Source: Salinispira sp.
GTDB taxonomy: Bacteria; Spirochaetota; Spirochaetia; DSM-27196; Salinispiraceae
Length of the DNA: 64,000 bases
NCBI GenBank assembly: GCA_965602015.1
Contig: OZ271918.1
Location: forward strand, 2,752,001-2,816,000
Direction of reading: 5' to 3'
Below, piece after piece: positions 48,536-58,850 of this stretch. The notes beneath the pieces were generated by a model that ran no database searches, was not told where the DNA came from, and saw nothing but the letters and a program-made list of their open reading frames with translations. Position 1 is the first letter of the stretch. The number at the start of each line of letters is the position of its first letter. The position numbers and the translations under genes are program-made.

Positions 48536-49858
48536 TTATTCCCTGACAGCGACGACCGCCTCGCTCCCCTCCCGATGGATCACCGGAACAAGGGGAATGA
48601 TTATCGCCATGCCGATGACGTAGATTCCGGCGGTAATGAGGAAGCAGAGGCGGAAGTTGTCGTCGCCGATGAGAAAGCCCCCGAGCAGGGCCGACACGTT
48701 CCAGAACAGGCCCCAGGCAACGGTCTGCAGACTGCTCCAGACGCCGCGCTGTTTCTTGTTCACATAGTCCATGACTATTGACCGGCTCAGGGGGCTGGTG
48801 GCGTTCATCAGGGCTCCCCGGACCAGAAACAGGGGAATCATCAGCCAGAGTGAGGGGTAGAATGCCAGAGCGACCAGGGCGGCGATGGAAAACGCCTGGA
48901 GGATGAGGATCATTTCCGCCCGGCCCCGGCGGCGGGAGAACTTCTGGGCAGCCACGGTGGCGGCTCCGGTGAGCAACAGCCCGGCTCCCATGATTCCCTG
49001 GACCGCGATGGGCTGAAGGCTGTAAATCGCCCGGAAGAACACCGGGAAGAATTTTACCGTCATTCCGGCGCCGAAACCGATAATAAAACTGGATGCCAGG
49101 AAGATATGGGGAATGTACCTGGCGCCCTTGCGGCGAACGGCGTCCATCCGCTGCCGGCGTCGCGAACGGGCGCTGGTGTCCGCCGAGTCGGCAGCCGGGC
49201 CGAATTTCTCATCCTGATGGCCGATATTGGAAAGCAGGGCCTCGCTTTCTGCACCCAGGGATTCCTCGCTTCGCACATTCAGAATGATCAGGCTGGATAT
49301 AAATGAGAACACGATTCCCACCGCCATAACAGAACGGAGAATCTCGATGTCCCAGCGGTCTCCTAAAAAAAGAAAGAGCAGGATGTTTAAAAGAGGACCG
49401 GTGCCCATGCCGAGCTGATCGATCAGGTGGGCCTTGGAATATATGCCCGAGCGGTCGCCACTCACCGTGCTGTTGGCAAGCATGGACTCCGCCGCCGGCC
49501 GGGAAAAACCCTGAAACATGCCCCAGAGGAACAGGCCGACAACTATGCCCGCCAGCTCAGCGCTGAGTAGCAGAACCGTTAGGCCCGCCACCCCCACCCC
49601 GGCGGCCAGTAGCAGGGTTCCCTTGATAGACCACTTGTCCGCCAGAATGCCCCCGGGCAGTACGGAAATGAGCAGGGCAACACCGGTTACCGCAGAGGTG
49701 GCCCCGAGAAGCTCGTTGGGGGTCAGGCCGAGGATGCCGCTGGAGCTTTCGGCGAGAAGGACGATGTACAGGCTGAGGATGTTTCCCATCCAGATGCCCC
49801 GGCCAAGGCTCTGCATTCCCGTGAATGCATAGAAGGTTTTCACATTTCGGTTGGTCAT
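48536..49858 (-). CDS. MFS transporter
   Basis: About 12 TM helices, motif A 'GILADKWS', central loop. Confidence 0.85.
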   Translation of the reverse strand: MTNRNVKTFYAFTGMQSLGRGIWMGNILSLYIVLLAESSSGILGLTPNELLGATSAVTGVALLISVLPGGILADKWSIKGTLLLAAGVGVAGLTVLLLSAELAGIVVGLFLWGMFQGFSRPAAESMLANSTVSGDRSGIYSKAHLIDQLGMGTGPLLNILLFLFLGDRWDIEILRSVMAVGIVFSFISSLIILNVRSEESLGAESEALLSNIGHQDEKFGPAADSADTSARSRRRQRMDAVRRKGARYIPHIFLASSFIIGFGAGMTVKFFPVFFRAIYSLQPIAVQGIMGAGLLLTGAATVAAQKFSRRRGRAEMILILQAFSIAALVALAFYPSLWLMIPLFLVRGALMNATSPLSRSIVMDYVNKKQRGVWSSLQTVAWGLFWNVSALLGGFLIGDDNFRLCFLITAGIYVIGMAIIIPLVPVIHREGSEAVVAVRE

Positions 49859-49972
49859 GGGCGCAAGAATACCCTCCATAGCCAGGACTGACCAGCGGCG
49901 GACGACGACTTTCCTTGCGAAAACGCCGTACAGGACTTTATAATGACATCACTCATCAAGGGGGTATTCTTT

Positions 49973-52357
49973 ATGAAATTACAAACTATTCGCCGCGTAA
50001 CTCTCGCGGCCCTGGCAGCTGCCGCGCTAATATTCGCCGCGGGCTGCGCAAGCGCGCCGGCGGCAGCGGAAACCCGGCTGTCGGTGGCGGAAATCTCATC
50101 GGTAAACCAGGTGGGCCTGCGCTTTATCGGACTGCCGGAAGACATTTCAGGCTGGGAATTCAGTATCGATCCGGCCGTCGAGGTTGTCAGCGTGGAGCGC
50201 AACCGCAACGTGGTGACTCTCACCGGCGCCGCCGATTTCGAGCTCAACACGGCCTACCGCGTAACCGCCGCCGACGCCGAAAGCGGTTTTAGCGCCACCG
50301 TTGCCGCCCGGGCGGACAAGCTCGAGGACCTGCTGTTCAACGAGATGTTCTCTGACAAGCCCATGGGCCACAGTGTTCAAAACGGCAGCAATGCATTCCG
50401 GCTCTTCGTTCCTCGGGGAAAGGCCGTGGAATTGCTCATCTACGATTCGGTGGAAGACGGTCCGTCGGTGGGCAGCGTCGGCTCGCCCAGCGCGGTAATC
50501 GCCATGGAAAACGACGGCAACCAGGTGTTCGAGGCCTTCGTCGACGGCGACCTCATGGGAACTTTTTACGGCTACCGGATAACCGAACGGTACGTGGATC
50601 CCACACCCTTCACCCTGGACATCCCCATGGATACGGTGTTCCCCGATCCCTATTCATATGCCTTGGCCAGCAGCAACGACTATCCGCAAATCGGCCTGAC
50701 GCTGATTATGGACCTGGACTCCTTCGACTGGCAGGGTGTCACGCAGCTCGGGGTTCAAATCCAGGATGCCATCATTATGGAAGCCCACCTGCGGGACCTG
50801 AGCATGGACGACAGCGCCGGCTCGGCCAATCCGGGCAGCTATCTCGGCGTGGTGGATGCCAGGACCGGCGGCCTTGCGTGGCTGGAGAGCCTGGGGGTCA
50901 ACGTTGTCGAGTTTCTTCCCCTGCAGGACTTCGGCAACATCGAAGCGCCGTACAAGGAAGATGCCCTGGGTTATTTCAACACCTGGAACGGATACGAGGA
51001 AAACTACTGGGGTTATATGACCATGAACTTCTTCGCGCCGGAAAGCTACTACGCCACCGGGGGCACCCTGGAACCCGGCACCTGGAACGGTACCGACGGC
51101 CGGCAGGTCGATGAAATGAAGACCATGGTTCGGGAACTGCACCGCTCGGGAATTGCCGTGCTAATGGACGTGGTTTACAACCACACTTCAAAATACGACA
51201 ACCAGCCCCTGTTGATTATCGACCGGGACTTTTACTTCAAGGATCAGGACGGCACGGGAACGGGATACGAGCTTGAATCCCGCCGGAAGATGGCCCGTCG
51301 CCTCATCCTCGATTCGGTGAGGTACTGGATGGAGGAATACCGCATCGACGGGTTCCGCTTTGACCTGGCGGCCAGCCACGACCCGGAAACCATCGCGGCA
51401 ATCTACCGGATGGCCAATGAAATCAACCCCGACGTTATGCTCATCGCAGAACCATGGGGCGGAGAGGGGGCCACCAGCTCTGAACAGTTCCTCGAACTCG
51501 GCTGGAGCAAGTGGAACTCGGAAATTCGCGACGCCGTGCGCTCTCAGAACCGGCCGACGCGGGAGGGCCCGGTCTTTGTCCTGGGCGACACCGACGGCGC
51601 CGCCAACCTCATCCCCTGGTGGGCCGACATCAACCCGGCGGAACCCTGGCAGTACGTCCAGTACATCGAAAGCCATGACGATTCCACCCTGGGGGACAAC
51701 CTGAGGATTCAGTCGGGCTTCTATTCATTTTACGATGAGGACGGCAACATCAACCGCATCGACGATCTGGAAGCCTATCACCGCCTGACTCCCGAACTGC
51801 TGGATGCCAACCGGGTAGCCGCGGCCAGCCTCATGTTCAGCCAGGGACCGGTCATGCTGCACCTGGGACAGGAGTGGGCGCGGGGAAAGGTGACCCCGGA
51901 TCTGGGAGGAAATCCCCCGGAAATTACGGAAAACGGCGGGCTTGGCGCCAGCAGCGACAACATTGTCTACCGCACGCCGGCGCCGAACAGCTACAGCGCC
52001 GATAACGCCACCAACTACATCGACTTCGACCTGGCGCAGGTTAACCGGGAGCTCACGGATTACTACCGGGGCCTCATCGCCCTGCGGCGGGCCGAACCCC
52101 TCCTCGGCGGGGCGACTCAGGTGATTCTCACCGCCATCGAAAGCGAAAACCGCAAAGCAGTGGGGGTCGAAATTGACGGATCCATGTACGCCTTCGTCAA
52201 CGCCGGCAGGGATGAAGATGCAGAGTTCGTCATTCCCCCGGGAAGCTACCAGATCCTGGTCGACAAGACCCGGGCGGGAACCGAGGTACTCGGGACAATG
52301 GAGGGCGGCACCATCAGCGTGGAGCCTGCCAGCGCGCTGTTCCTCAAAAAGCAGTAA
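49973..52357 (+). CDS. GH13 pullulanase/debranching-type lipoprotein
   Basis: Lipobox 'AAGC'; 'NYWGY', 'MDVVYNH', 'IDGFRFDL', 'AEPW', 'YIESHD'. Confidence 0.88.
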   Translation: MKLQTIRRVTLAALAAAALIFAAGCASAPAAAETRLSVAEISSVNQVGLRFIGLPEDISGWEFSIDPAVEVVSVERNRNVVTLTGAADFELNTAYRVTAADAESGFSATVAARADKLEDLLFNEMFSDKPMGHSVQNGSNAFRLFVPRGKAVELLIYDSVEDGPSVGSVGSPSAVIAMENDGNQVFEAFVDGDLMGTFYGYRITERYVDPTPFTLDIPMDTVFPDPYSYALASSNDYPQIGLTLIMDLDSFDWQGVTQLGVQIQDAIIMEAHLRDLSMDDSAGSANPGSYLGVVDARTGGLAWLESLGVNVVEFLPLQDFGNIEAPYKEDALGYFNTWNGYEENYWGYMTMNFFAPESYYATGGTLEPGTWNGTDGRQVDEMKTMVRELHRSGIAVLMDVVYNHTSKYDNQPLLIIDRDFYFKDQDGTGTGYELESRRKMARRLILDSVRYWMEEYRIDGFRFDLAASHDPETIAAIYRMANEINPDVMLIAEPWGGEGATSSEQFLELGWSKWNSEIRDAVRSQNRPTREGPVFVLGDTDGAANLIPWWADINPAEPWQYVQYIESHDDSTLGDNLRIQSGFYSFYDEDGNINRIDDLEAYHRLTPELLDANRVAAASLMFSQGPVMLHLGQEWARGKVTPDLGGNPPEITENGGLGASSDNIVYRTPAPNSYSADNATNYIDFDLAQVNRELTDYYRGLIALRRAEPLLGGATQVILTAIESENRKAVGVEIDGSMYAFVNAGRDEDAEFVIPPGSYQILVDKTRAGTEVLGTMEGGTISVEPASALFLKKQ

Positions 52358-52396
52358 TCTTTTTCGCCGGTGCACCGCCGGCGGTTTTACCACTAT

Positions 52397-52460
52397 CCGC
52401 CGGGTTCTCCCCCGGCGGTATTTCCGCTATCCGCCGGGTTCTCGCCCGGCGGTTTTTTTT
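52397..52460 (+). terminator. Tandem-duplicated hairpin/terminator after the pullulanase gene
   Basis: CCGCCGGGTTCTC(C/G)CCCGGCGG at 52397 and 52431; the second is followed by a T run. Confidence 0.75.
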
Positions 52461-52518
52461 GCTCCTAATCTTGCGCAGCCTATTCGCCTGTCATACAGTG
52501 GTACCCACAGGAGCAGCC

Positions 52519-53226
52519 ATGATAGGAATAATCGGAGCGATGGAAGAAGAGGTGGAAATTGTCCGCCGGTCGTTAAGAATCAGCGGCGAGACCCGACGAG
52601 GCGACTATGTGTTTATCTCCGGGACCTTTGCATCCCTCGATGTGGTGCTTCTCCAATCGGGCATCGGCAAGGTTAATGCGGCCATCGGCACCACCCTGAT
52701 GATAGAACTGTTTCATCCCCGATTTATCATCAACACGGGATCCGCCGGAGGACTGGTCCCCGCTCTGGACATCGGAGACGTGGTTCTGGCGACGGAGATC
52801 GGCCATCACGATGTGGATACCACGGCCTTCGGATACGCCAAGGGCCAGATTCCCCGGATGCCCCCCACCTTCCCCAGCGACCGGAAGCTCCTGGGCCTGG
52901 CGCACCGGGTGGTGGAAACCGAACACACGTACAAGGCCATCGAGGGCCCCATCGTTTCCGGAGATACCTTCCTCGATCATCCCGATGAAATTCGCGAACT
53001 GCTGGAAGAGTTTCCCCGCAGCCTGGCGGTGGAAATGGAGAGCGCGGCCATTGCCCAAACCTGCCATCAGTTCGATCTGCCCTTTCTTATCATCCGGTCA
53101 ATATCGGACAAGGCAGACTCATCTTCCGCCGGAGATTTCACCGAGAATCTACACCGGGCCTCGGAAAACTCCGCAAAAACCGTCCTGGAGCTGTTAAAAA
53201 TTTACGATGCCGAACACATCGGATAG
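52519..53226 (+). CDS. mtnN: 5'-methylthioadenosine/S-adenosylhomocysteine nucleosidase (Pfs)
   Basis: 'IGIIGAMEEE', 'SGIGKVNAA', 'NTGSAGG', 'VEMESAA', 'IRSISD'. Confidence 0.95.
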   Translation: MIGIIGAMEEEVEIVRRSLRISGETRRGDYVFISGTFASLDVVLLQSGIGKVNAAIGTTLMIELFHPRFIINTGSAGGLVPALDIGDVVLATEIGHHDVDTTAFGYAKGQIPRMPPTFPSDRKLLGLAHRVVETEHTYKAIEGPIVSGDTFLDHPDEIRELLEEFPRSLAVEMESAAIAQTCHQFDLPFLIIRSISDKADSSSAGDFTENLHRASENSAKTVLELLKIYDAEHIG

Positions 53227-53303
53227 GAAAAACCCTCCGCATATCATTTGATTATATTTCCCGTCAATATTATGGTACGAATAAGAAGCACATATCAAAA
53301 TGA

Positions 53304-53795
53304 ATGAGGAAAACCATGGACAAAATACCAAGCTTTACCATCGACCATAACACCCTGCTGAGGGGTATATATGTCTCGCGAATCGACGAAGTAGGTGGCG
53401 ATTTCGTCACCACCTACGATATACGAATGAAGGAGCCCAACCGGGAACCGGTAATGGATGTGCCGGCGATTCACACCATTGAGCACCTCGGCGCCACTTT
53501 TCTTCGAAACCGGGAATCCTGGAAGGACGATGTTGTGTACTTCGGCCCCATGGGTTGCCGAACGGGATGCTACCTGCTGCTCAAGGGTAAGCGCGGCAGC
53601 GGTGAAATCGCCCCCCTGGTGACTGAACTCTTCGAGTTCATGGCGAACTTTTCCGATGAGGTACCGGGCGCCGCGGCGAAGGACTGCGGGAACTTCCTGA
53701 GTCACGACCTGGCCATGTGCCGTTGGGAAAGCAAAAAATTTCTCGATGAAGTTCTTCTAAACCTCAAGGATGAAAACCTCAGGTACCCGGCATAA
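53304..53795 (+). CDS. luxS: S-ribosylhomocysteine lyase LuxS
   Basis: 'SFTIDH', 'HTIEH', 'GPMGCRTG', 'CGN'. Confidence 0.96.
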   Translation: MRKTMDKIPSFTIDHNTLLRGIYVSRIDEVGGDFVTTYDIRMKEPNREPVMDVPAIHTIEHLGATFLRNRESWKDDVVYFGPMGCRTGCYLLLKGKRGSGEIAPLVTELFEFMANFSDEVPGAAAKDCGNFLSHDLAMCRWESKKFLDEVLLNLKDENLRYPA

Positions 53796-53848
53796 AGAAA
53801 CCCCTGCCCGGCTCAGCCGGGCAATCTGTGAACCATCAGGAGCCCGCT

Positions 53849-54550
53849 ATGAAAAAAACGCTGACGCTCATGTTCCTGCTTTTTATCATGTGCGCCGGAC
53901 TGTCCGCCCAGTCATTCGGCACCGGTTTAACCGTCTGGATTCCGGAGACACTCTGGAAATCCGGCGAAGGCTCGGTGAGCCTGGAAAACGGGGTGGACAG
54001 TTCCCTGGGATTGGGGAGCCTTATCAGCCTGCCCTTCGGACTCACCTATCTCAAGGCCCACGGACTGCGACCCGACGGCAGCAGCCAGGCCTATAATTAT
54101 GAATCCGCCGACGGCTCATGGTATCTGGCTGATGTGCTTGTGGCGCATCTCGGCATACAGGCCAGGGCGGACTTCGCAGGGCTATACTTCAAGGCCCAGG
54201 CCGCGGCTGCGGGCAGCTGGCTGATAAGCCTTTCGCCTTTTTCCGCTAGCATAGAGCAATTCTACAAAAACACCGCTGGCAGCGCAGACGCGCACATTTC
54301 CGGCCTGACGACGGATTACCGCTTCGGATGGGGATGGACCGCCGGCGGAGCCATAGGAATGAGGATCGACGCCCTGGAGGTTGAGATCAGCGCCGCCTAC
54401 CGCAGCATTTCTCATGAGGGCATGTTCCGGGCGGGGCTTCTCCTGCTGGACGACGGAGGGAATGTCACCTCAAACACTGATTTGACCGAACAGGTCGCGC
54501 TGGTACTGCGGGGCTTGAGCATTGGCCTCGGCGGGTCTTTTTCCTTTTGA
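53849..54550 (+). CDS. Exported hypothetical protein, probable small outer-membrane beta-barrel
   Basis: Signal peptide; amphipathic strands; terminal 'GGSFSF'. Confidence 0.6.
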   Translation: MKKTLTLMFLLFIMCAGLSAQSFGTGLTVWIPETLWKSGEGSVSLENGVDSSLGLGSLISLPFGLTYLKAHGLRPDGSSQAYNYESADGSWYLADVLVAHLGIQARADFAGLYFKAQAAAAGSWLISLSPFSASIEQFYKNTAGSADAHISGLTTDYRFGWGWTAGGAIGMRIDALEVEISAAYRSISHEGMFRAGLLLLDDGGNVTSNTDLTEQVALVLRGLSIGLGGSFSF

Positions 54551-55572
54551 ATTCCGCGGCAGGTCCCTCATACAACGCCAAACAGTCCGACGCAAAGCAG
54601 TCAGGCGGCGCTCTGATCTACCGCCGATGGGGCGGTCCCGGGGAGCTTTCCTGGGAAGGCAGCTTTCCCCCCGGCCGATTGCCCGCCATTCCCCCGGGGT
54701 TTTTACGCGTCAGGGTGGCGGCAATCTCGGTTAATCCGGTGGACTGGAAGATAATGAAAGGGGAGCAGAAGCTTCTCACCGGGAAAAATTTTCCCCGGAT
54801 CTTCGGTTCGGATTTTTCCGGAAGGGTGATAGAGTCGGGTCCCGCTTCGGGCTATAAGCCGGGGGACAGAGTCGCCGGAATGATATCGCCGCTGCACAGC
54901 GGAAGCGGCCAACGCGAAGTGTGGCTTCCCGCCCTTCACTGCATTCCGGTCCCCGACGACATGACCCTGGAAGACGCCGCCGGGCTGCCGGCCGCGGGAA
55001 TCTCCGCCATCCTCGCCTCGGGATTTGCGGACCACAAGGTCACCGGTAGCGCTTTGGTCATCGGAGCCGCCGGAGGCGTGGGCTCGTTGGCGGTGCAAAT
55101 ATTACTGAAGCGGGGCTGGGATGTTCACGCCGTCGCCCGGGAGGGCAGGCAGCGAAGCGTCCTGGAATCCCTGGGGTGCTCGAACTTCATTTCACGGGAG
55201 GCCTGGGAAGATGAACTAAGGGGCGGATCATGGGATGCGATAATCGATGCCCCGGGAGTTCTGCACAAAAAGCATCCCCGAAGGCTCCTGGCTTCCGGCG
55301 GATGGTATGCTCCGGTGTACGTTCCCAACAGCCTCATCATTTCCAATTTCTTGAGCCGCCCGCTGTGGTGGATGACAAACCGGCACCGGTCTCTCTTTCT
55401 TGCAGCCCCCAGCGGCCGGCGAATGACCCGCTTGAGGGAACTGATCGAAAGCCGGGTTATCAGACCGGTGACCGACAGCGTATGGCCGGCCGAACAAGCT
55501 CGGGAAGCAATCAGTCACGCCATGGACGGCCCCCTGACGGGAAAGGTGATCATCACACTGCCCGGGGATTAG
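54547..55572 (+). CDS. MDR-family NAD(P)H quinone/enoyl oxidoreductase
   Basis: 'SVNPVDWK', 'GSDFSG', 'GAAGGVG', 'GKVII'. Confidence 0.85.
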   Translation: MNSAAGPSYNAKQSDAKQSGGALIYRRWGGPGELSWEGSFPPGRLPAIPPGFLRVRVAAISVNPVDWKIMKGEQKLLTGKNFPRIFGSDFSGRVIESGPASGYKPGDRVAGMISPLHSGSGQREVWLPALHCIPVPDDMTLEDAAGLPAAGISAILASGFADHKVTGSALVIGAAGGVGSLAVQILLKRGWDVHAVAREGRQRSVLESLGCSNFISREAWEDELRGGSWDAIIDAPGVLHKKHPRRLLASGGWYAPVYVPNSLIISNFLSRPLWWMTNRHRSLFLAAPSGRRMTRLRELIESRVIRPVTDSVWPAEQAREAISHAMDGPLTGKVIITLPGD

Positions 55573-55665
55573 GCTACGGGTGGAGTACCCGGTTAACCGA
55601 CCGGCCTGTACGAGGTTTTCTGTTTATCGCTGGACCGCTTCTACTCCCGGTGTTATTATTTCCGG

Positions 55666-55686
55666 AGTGCCCCAAAGCTTGTTGAA
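55666..55686 (+). repeat. Solo copy of the dispersed element-end motif
   Basis: AGTGCCCCAAAGCTTGTTGAA; first 20 bp identical to 5298-5317. Confidence 0.8.
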
Positions 55687-55733
55687 CGTTCCCACATTGC
55701 ACAAGATACAGGGTTTGCAAACGGAGGATAGCC

Positions 55734-56417
55734 TTGAAGAAACACATTTACGCCATAATCGCCCTGCTTAGTTTTGCCGGCCCCTTCGCCATGAGTTTCG
55801 ACCGGAGGGTGTATTTCATCCAGTACCTGGTCCCCATTCTCATAGCCACCCTCAGTATCGGCGCTCTGTACATCATCTGGGATGTGATGGTGACCAAAAA
55901 GGGGCATTGGCGCTTCAACGACGAGACCGTGGGACCCAAAAGGATCGCACACCTTCCTCCGGGAGAGTGGCTGTTTTTCCTTCTAATACCCTATGCCTGT
56001 ATTTTTATCTATGAGGTAATTGCCGCCTATTTCGGAGAAGGCAGCGCGCAACCCTCGCTTGTCTGGCTTCAGTATGCCCTTGCAGGCGTATTTGCCGTCC
56101 TGATCTTCCTTGTTCGGGGTAAGGGATACAGCATGCTCGCCATGACGTCGGCGGTCATCTACTTTCTGGCATCTGCGATTTTTACTCCCGGTATTTTCGG
56201 AGCCTCGGGATTCCTGATTTCCATGCTGTTTATATTCGTCGCATTCGGGCTGATAAACGGCTTGTACACCAGCATACCGACCATTTTTTACAACGAGAAC
56301 GCAATTCTCGGCGTGAGGGTCGGCACCATCCCGCTGGAGGATTTTATCTATAACCTGAGCTATATCGGATTGACCCTTACGGTGTACCTAGAAGCTAAAT
56401 CACTCCTGGGCCTCTAA
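55734..56417 (+). CDS. Lycopene cyclase domain membrane protein (two CrtYc/d-like repeats)
   Basis: 'WD......GHWRFN...LPPGEWLFF' and 'G.RVGTIPLEDFIY'. Confidence 0.8.
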   Translation: MKKHIYAIIALLSFAGPFAMSFDRRVYFIQYLVPILIATLSIGALYIIWDVMVTKKGHWRFNDETVGPKRIAHLPPGEWLFFLLIPYACIFIYEVIAAYFGEGSAQPSLVWLQYALAGVFAVLIFLVRGKGYSMLAMTSAVIYFLASAIFTPGIFGASGFLISMLFIFVAFGLINGLYTSIPTIFYNENAILGVRVGTIPLEDFIYNLSYIGLTLTVYLEAKSLLGL

Positions 56418-56906
56418 GAAGGCCACTGCACTGTCCCGGAATACGGGAAACATGAGCCCGAGAAACTGCGAGTCTATTCGGGCAAATTCCTCCGACTCGA
56501 TGAAACGCCGGTACTCCCCGGGACTTACCAAACCGTCGACATCCGAGGCAAGTGCGTCGCGGTCCACTCCTCGGATATCCAGTTCGGACAGGGCGAATCG
56601 GGAGGCCTCTCCCGCGCTTTGCGGAGGCGAGGCGGAGAAAGCCTCCCAGGCCCGAGTAAAGTCCCGGGTTCGGATTTTTCGAAGCTCTTCAATCGCCTCC
56701 TCCCGCCCGAGCCCGTAACGCTCCAACACGGCCAAAACCCGGTTTGAGGCCTCGGTTATGGCCTGACGGTCGCTTTGCTCCATCATGCTGCTGTCCGGAT
56801 TACTGATGACCGCAGCAATAATATTCGGCACCGCAAGACGGAGAAACAGATATCCCCCCACAACCAGCACTGCGATAACCGCAATAACAATGAGAAATAC
56901 CTTCAT
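56400..56906 (-). CDS. Hypothetical membrane-anchored protein
   Basis: N-terminal TM helix after a plausible RBS; no recognised motif. Confidence 0.55.
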   Translation of the reverse strand: MKVFLIVIAVIAVLVVGGYLFLRLAVPNIIAAVISNPDSSMMEQSDRQAITEASNRVLAVLERYGLGREEAIEELRKIRTRDFTRAWEAFSASPPQSAGEASRFALSELDIRGVDRDALASDVDGLVSPGEYRRFIESEEFARIDSQFLGLMFPVFRDSAVAFLEAQE

Positions 56907-57019
56907 TGATGTTCTTCCGTAAGCCATATAGTCTCCTAACCATATAAAAAAAACTGGAAGCCCGGCGCAGCCCCATGCCCACAGGTCGAGGCGCGCGTCG
57001 GGCAAAAAGCCTTCCCTTC

Positions 57020-58642
57020 CTACTCTCCGGTTAATTCACCGGCTAATTCCCCGCCGTATCCCAGAAAACCCGGCATGACCGCCAGATATTGCCTGTTGAC
57101 CGAGCTCATTGCCCGGGCCGCCGCGGCGGGGGTAAATGCCGCGGGAAAGACTCCGGCGTAGGGCGAGGACTTGCCTCCCCCTCCCAAAAGCCGGCTCATC
57201 AGGCTGCGCCGGCGCTGGGGTACAAACTCGACGGTCAGCGACTGGGCATCGAGGGTCTTCTTCATCCATTCGACGGCCGAATCCAATCCCCCCAGCTCGT
57301 CGACAAGCCGGTTTTCGAGTGCGTCCGGGCCGGCAAACACATGCCCCTCGCCCAGTTCATGCACTTGTTCAACACTCATGCCGCGGGCTTTTGCCACCCG
57401 CGAGCGAAACATATCGTACAAATCGCGAATGTAGTCCATGAGGAGCTTCCGCTCCTTTTCGGTCAAATCCCGAAGCGCAGACATCAGATCTGCTGATTCC
57501 CCGGTTTTTACCGTTGAATGGGTTATGCCGTGATGCCTGAGAAATTCGGCGATGTTGAAGTGGATATTTATCACGCCGATGGAACCGGTCACCGTGCTGC
57601 GCTCGGCGAAGATGCGCTCAGCCTCGGTGGAAATCCAGTAGCCTCCGGAACCGGCCACCGCGCCCATTGACACCACCACGGGTTTTTTCTCCCTGAGGCG
57701 GGCCAGTTCACGGGCAATGTCTTCCGAGGCGATGGCCGAGCCCCCGCCGGAGTTAACCCGAAAGATGACGGCCTTTACCGACTTGTCCTTGACGAGTTTT
57801 CGTATAACCGGGACATAGTCGTTGGAGCCGATCATTTGGCCGTAGAGCTGACTGTTCTCGTTGTGACCGTCCTTTATGCCCCCCTCGAAAACCAGCACCG
57901 CCACCTTTGGCCCCTTTCCGCTTTTGAGGGGAATCTTTTTTACCCGCGCCGGTTTGCTTTTTGCGTCGCGAAACTCGGCGATGAGGTCATCGAGGCTGCC
58001 TTCCCGATGAGCCCAGCCCTCTTCCACCGCATGCCGGGCGTAGAGTATTCGCCCCGAGCGCAGCTCCTGAAGTTCCTCCGTCGATTTTCCGTAGCCCTCG
58101 GCGATTACCGCTTCGTGCTCGCTCACCACCGAATCGAGGATCGCCTGATACTGCTGTCTGTTGTTCTCATCGATCTCGGCGACCCTGAAACTGTCTCCCG
58201 CAGATTTATAGCGGCCAACCCTGAGAACTTCCGCCTTGATGCGGTGCCGGTCCATGAGATTCTTAAAAAAACGGAATTCCCTACCGATGCCTAAATGCAT
58301 AACTCCGCCCAGTGGGTGAATAACCCGCTCCTGGCAGGCCGAGGCTAAAATGAGTTCGGTCATGCCGTATTGCCGGGCATAAAAAATCAGCGTCTTGCTG
58401 GCTTCCCGCAAGCGCATGAGTTGGCTCCTTATAGAGAGTGCGCCTGAGAGATTGCCCGCAGAGAAATCCATCTCGCAGTTTACCAGTACGCGGTCAATTC
58501 TTTTGTTTTTGACAAGGATTCCCGTTAAGCCGTAGAGCTGGTCAAAGCGCAAGCGGGGTTGAGCATTGATGTTGTTCAACAAACCGCCGGTTTGAGAGCC
58601 GGTTTCATAGTATGTTCCGCTGAGGTCGAGCTGGTAATACAT
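57020..58642 (-). CDS. sppA: Signal peptide peptidase SppA (two-domain type)
   Basis: 'VGRYKSAG', 'RVNSGGGS', 'PVVVSMG.VAGSGGYWI', 'TGSIGV'. Confidence 0.9.
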   Translation of the reverse strand: MYYQLDLSGTYYETGSQTGGLLNNINAQPRLRFDQLYGLTGILVKNKRIDRVLVNCEMDFSAGNLSGALSIRSQLMRLREASKTLIFYARQYGMTELILASACQERVIHPLGGVMHLGIGREFRFFKNLMDRHRIKAEVLRVGRYKSAGDSFRVAEIDENNRQQYQAILDSVVSEHEAVIAEGYGKSTEELQELRSGRILYARHAVEEGWAHREGSLDDLIAEFRDAKSKPARVKKIPLKSGKGPKVAVLVFEGGIKDGHNENSQLYGQMIGSNDYVPVIRKLVKDKSVKAVIFRVNSGGGSAIASEDIARELARLREKKPVVVSMGAVAGSGGYWISTEAERIFAERSTVTGSIGVINIHFNIAEFLRHHGITHSTVKTGESADLMSALRDLTEKERKLLMDYIRDLYDMFRSRVAKARGMSVEQVHELGEGHVFAGPDALENRLVDELGGLDSAVEWMKKTLDAQSLTVEFVPQRRRSLMSRLLGGGGKSSPYAGVFPAAFTPAAAARAMSSVNRQYLAVMPGFLGYGGELAGELTGE

Positions 58643-58680
58643 GTGTTCTCCTGTTGGGTTGCTTCTGATTGTATGTGTAT

Positions 58681-58700
58681 AGTGCCTGGAAGCTTGTTAA
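58681..58700 (+). repeat. Solo (or degenerate-paired) copy of the dispersed element-end motif
   Basis: AGTGCCTGGAAGCTTGTTAA; one mismatch to 3124-3143. Confidence 0.75.
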
Positions 58701-58804
58701 AAATATAGATAAATACCGGACAAACGGCCAACTGTCGCATCTGCGTTTTAACGGGGACCGGCTTCTTTGACAAGCGCCGGCTTCCATAGTACAGTATTGC
58801 GAAT

Positions 58805-58818
58805 TGACCACCCGGTCA
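58805..58818. promoter_or_regulatory. TetR operator upstream of tetR
   Basis: TGACCACCCGGTCA, identical to 59503-59516. Confidence 0.8.
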
Positions 58819-58850
58819 CAATTGATCCGGTTCCATCCGGCAGGAGTTGT

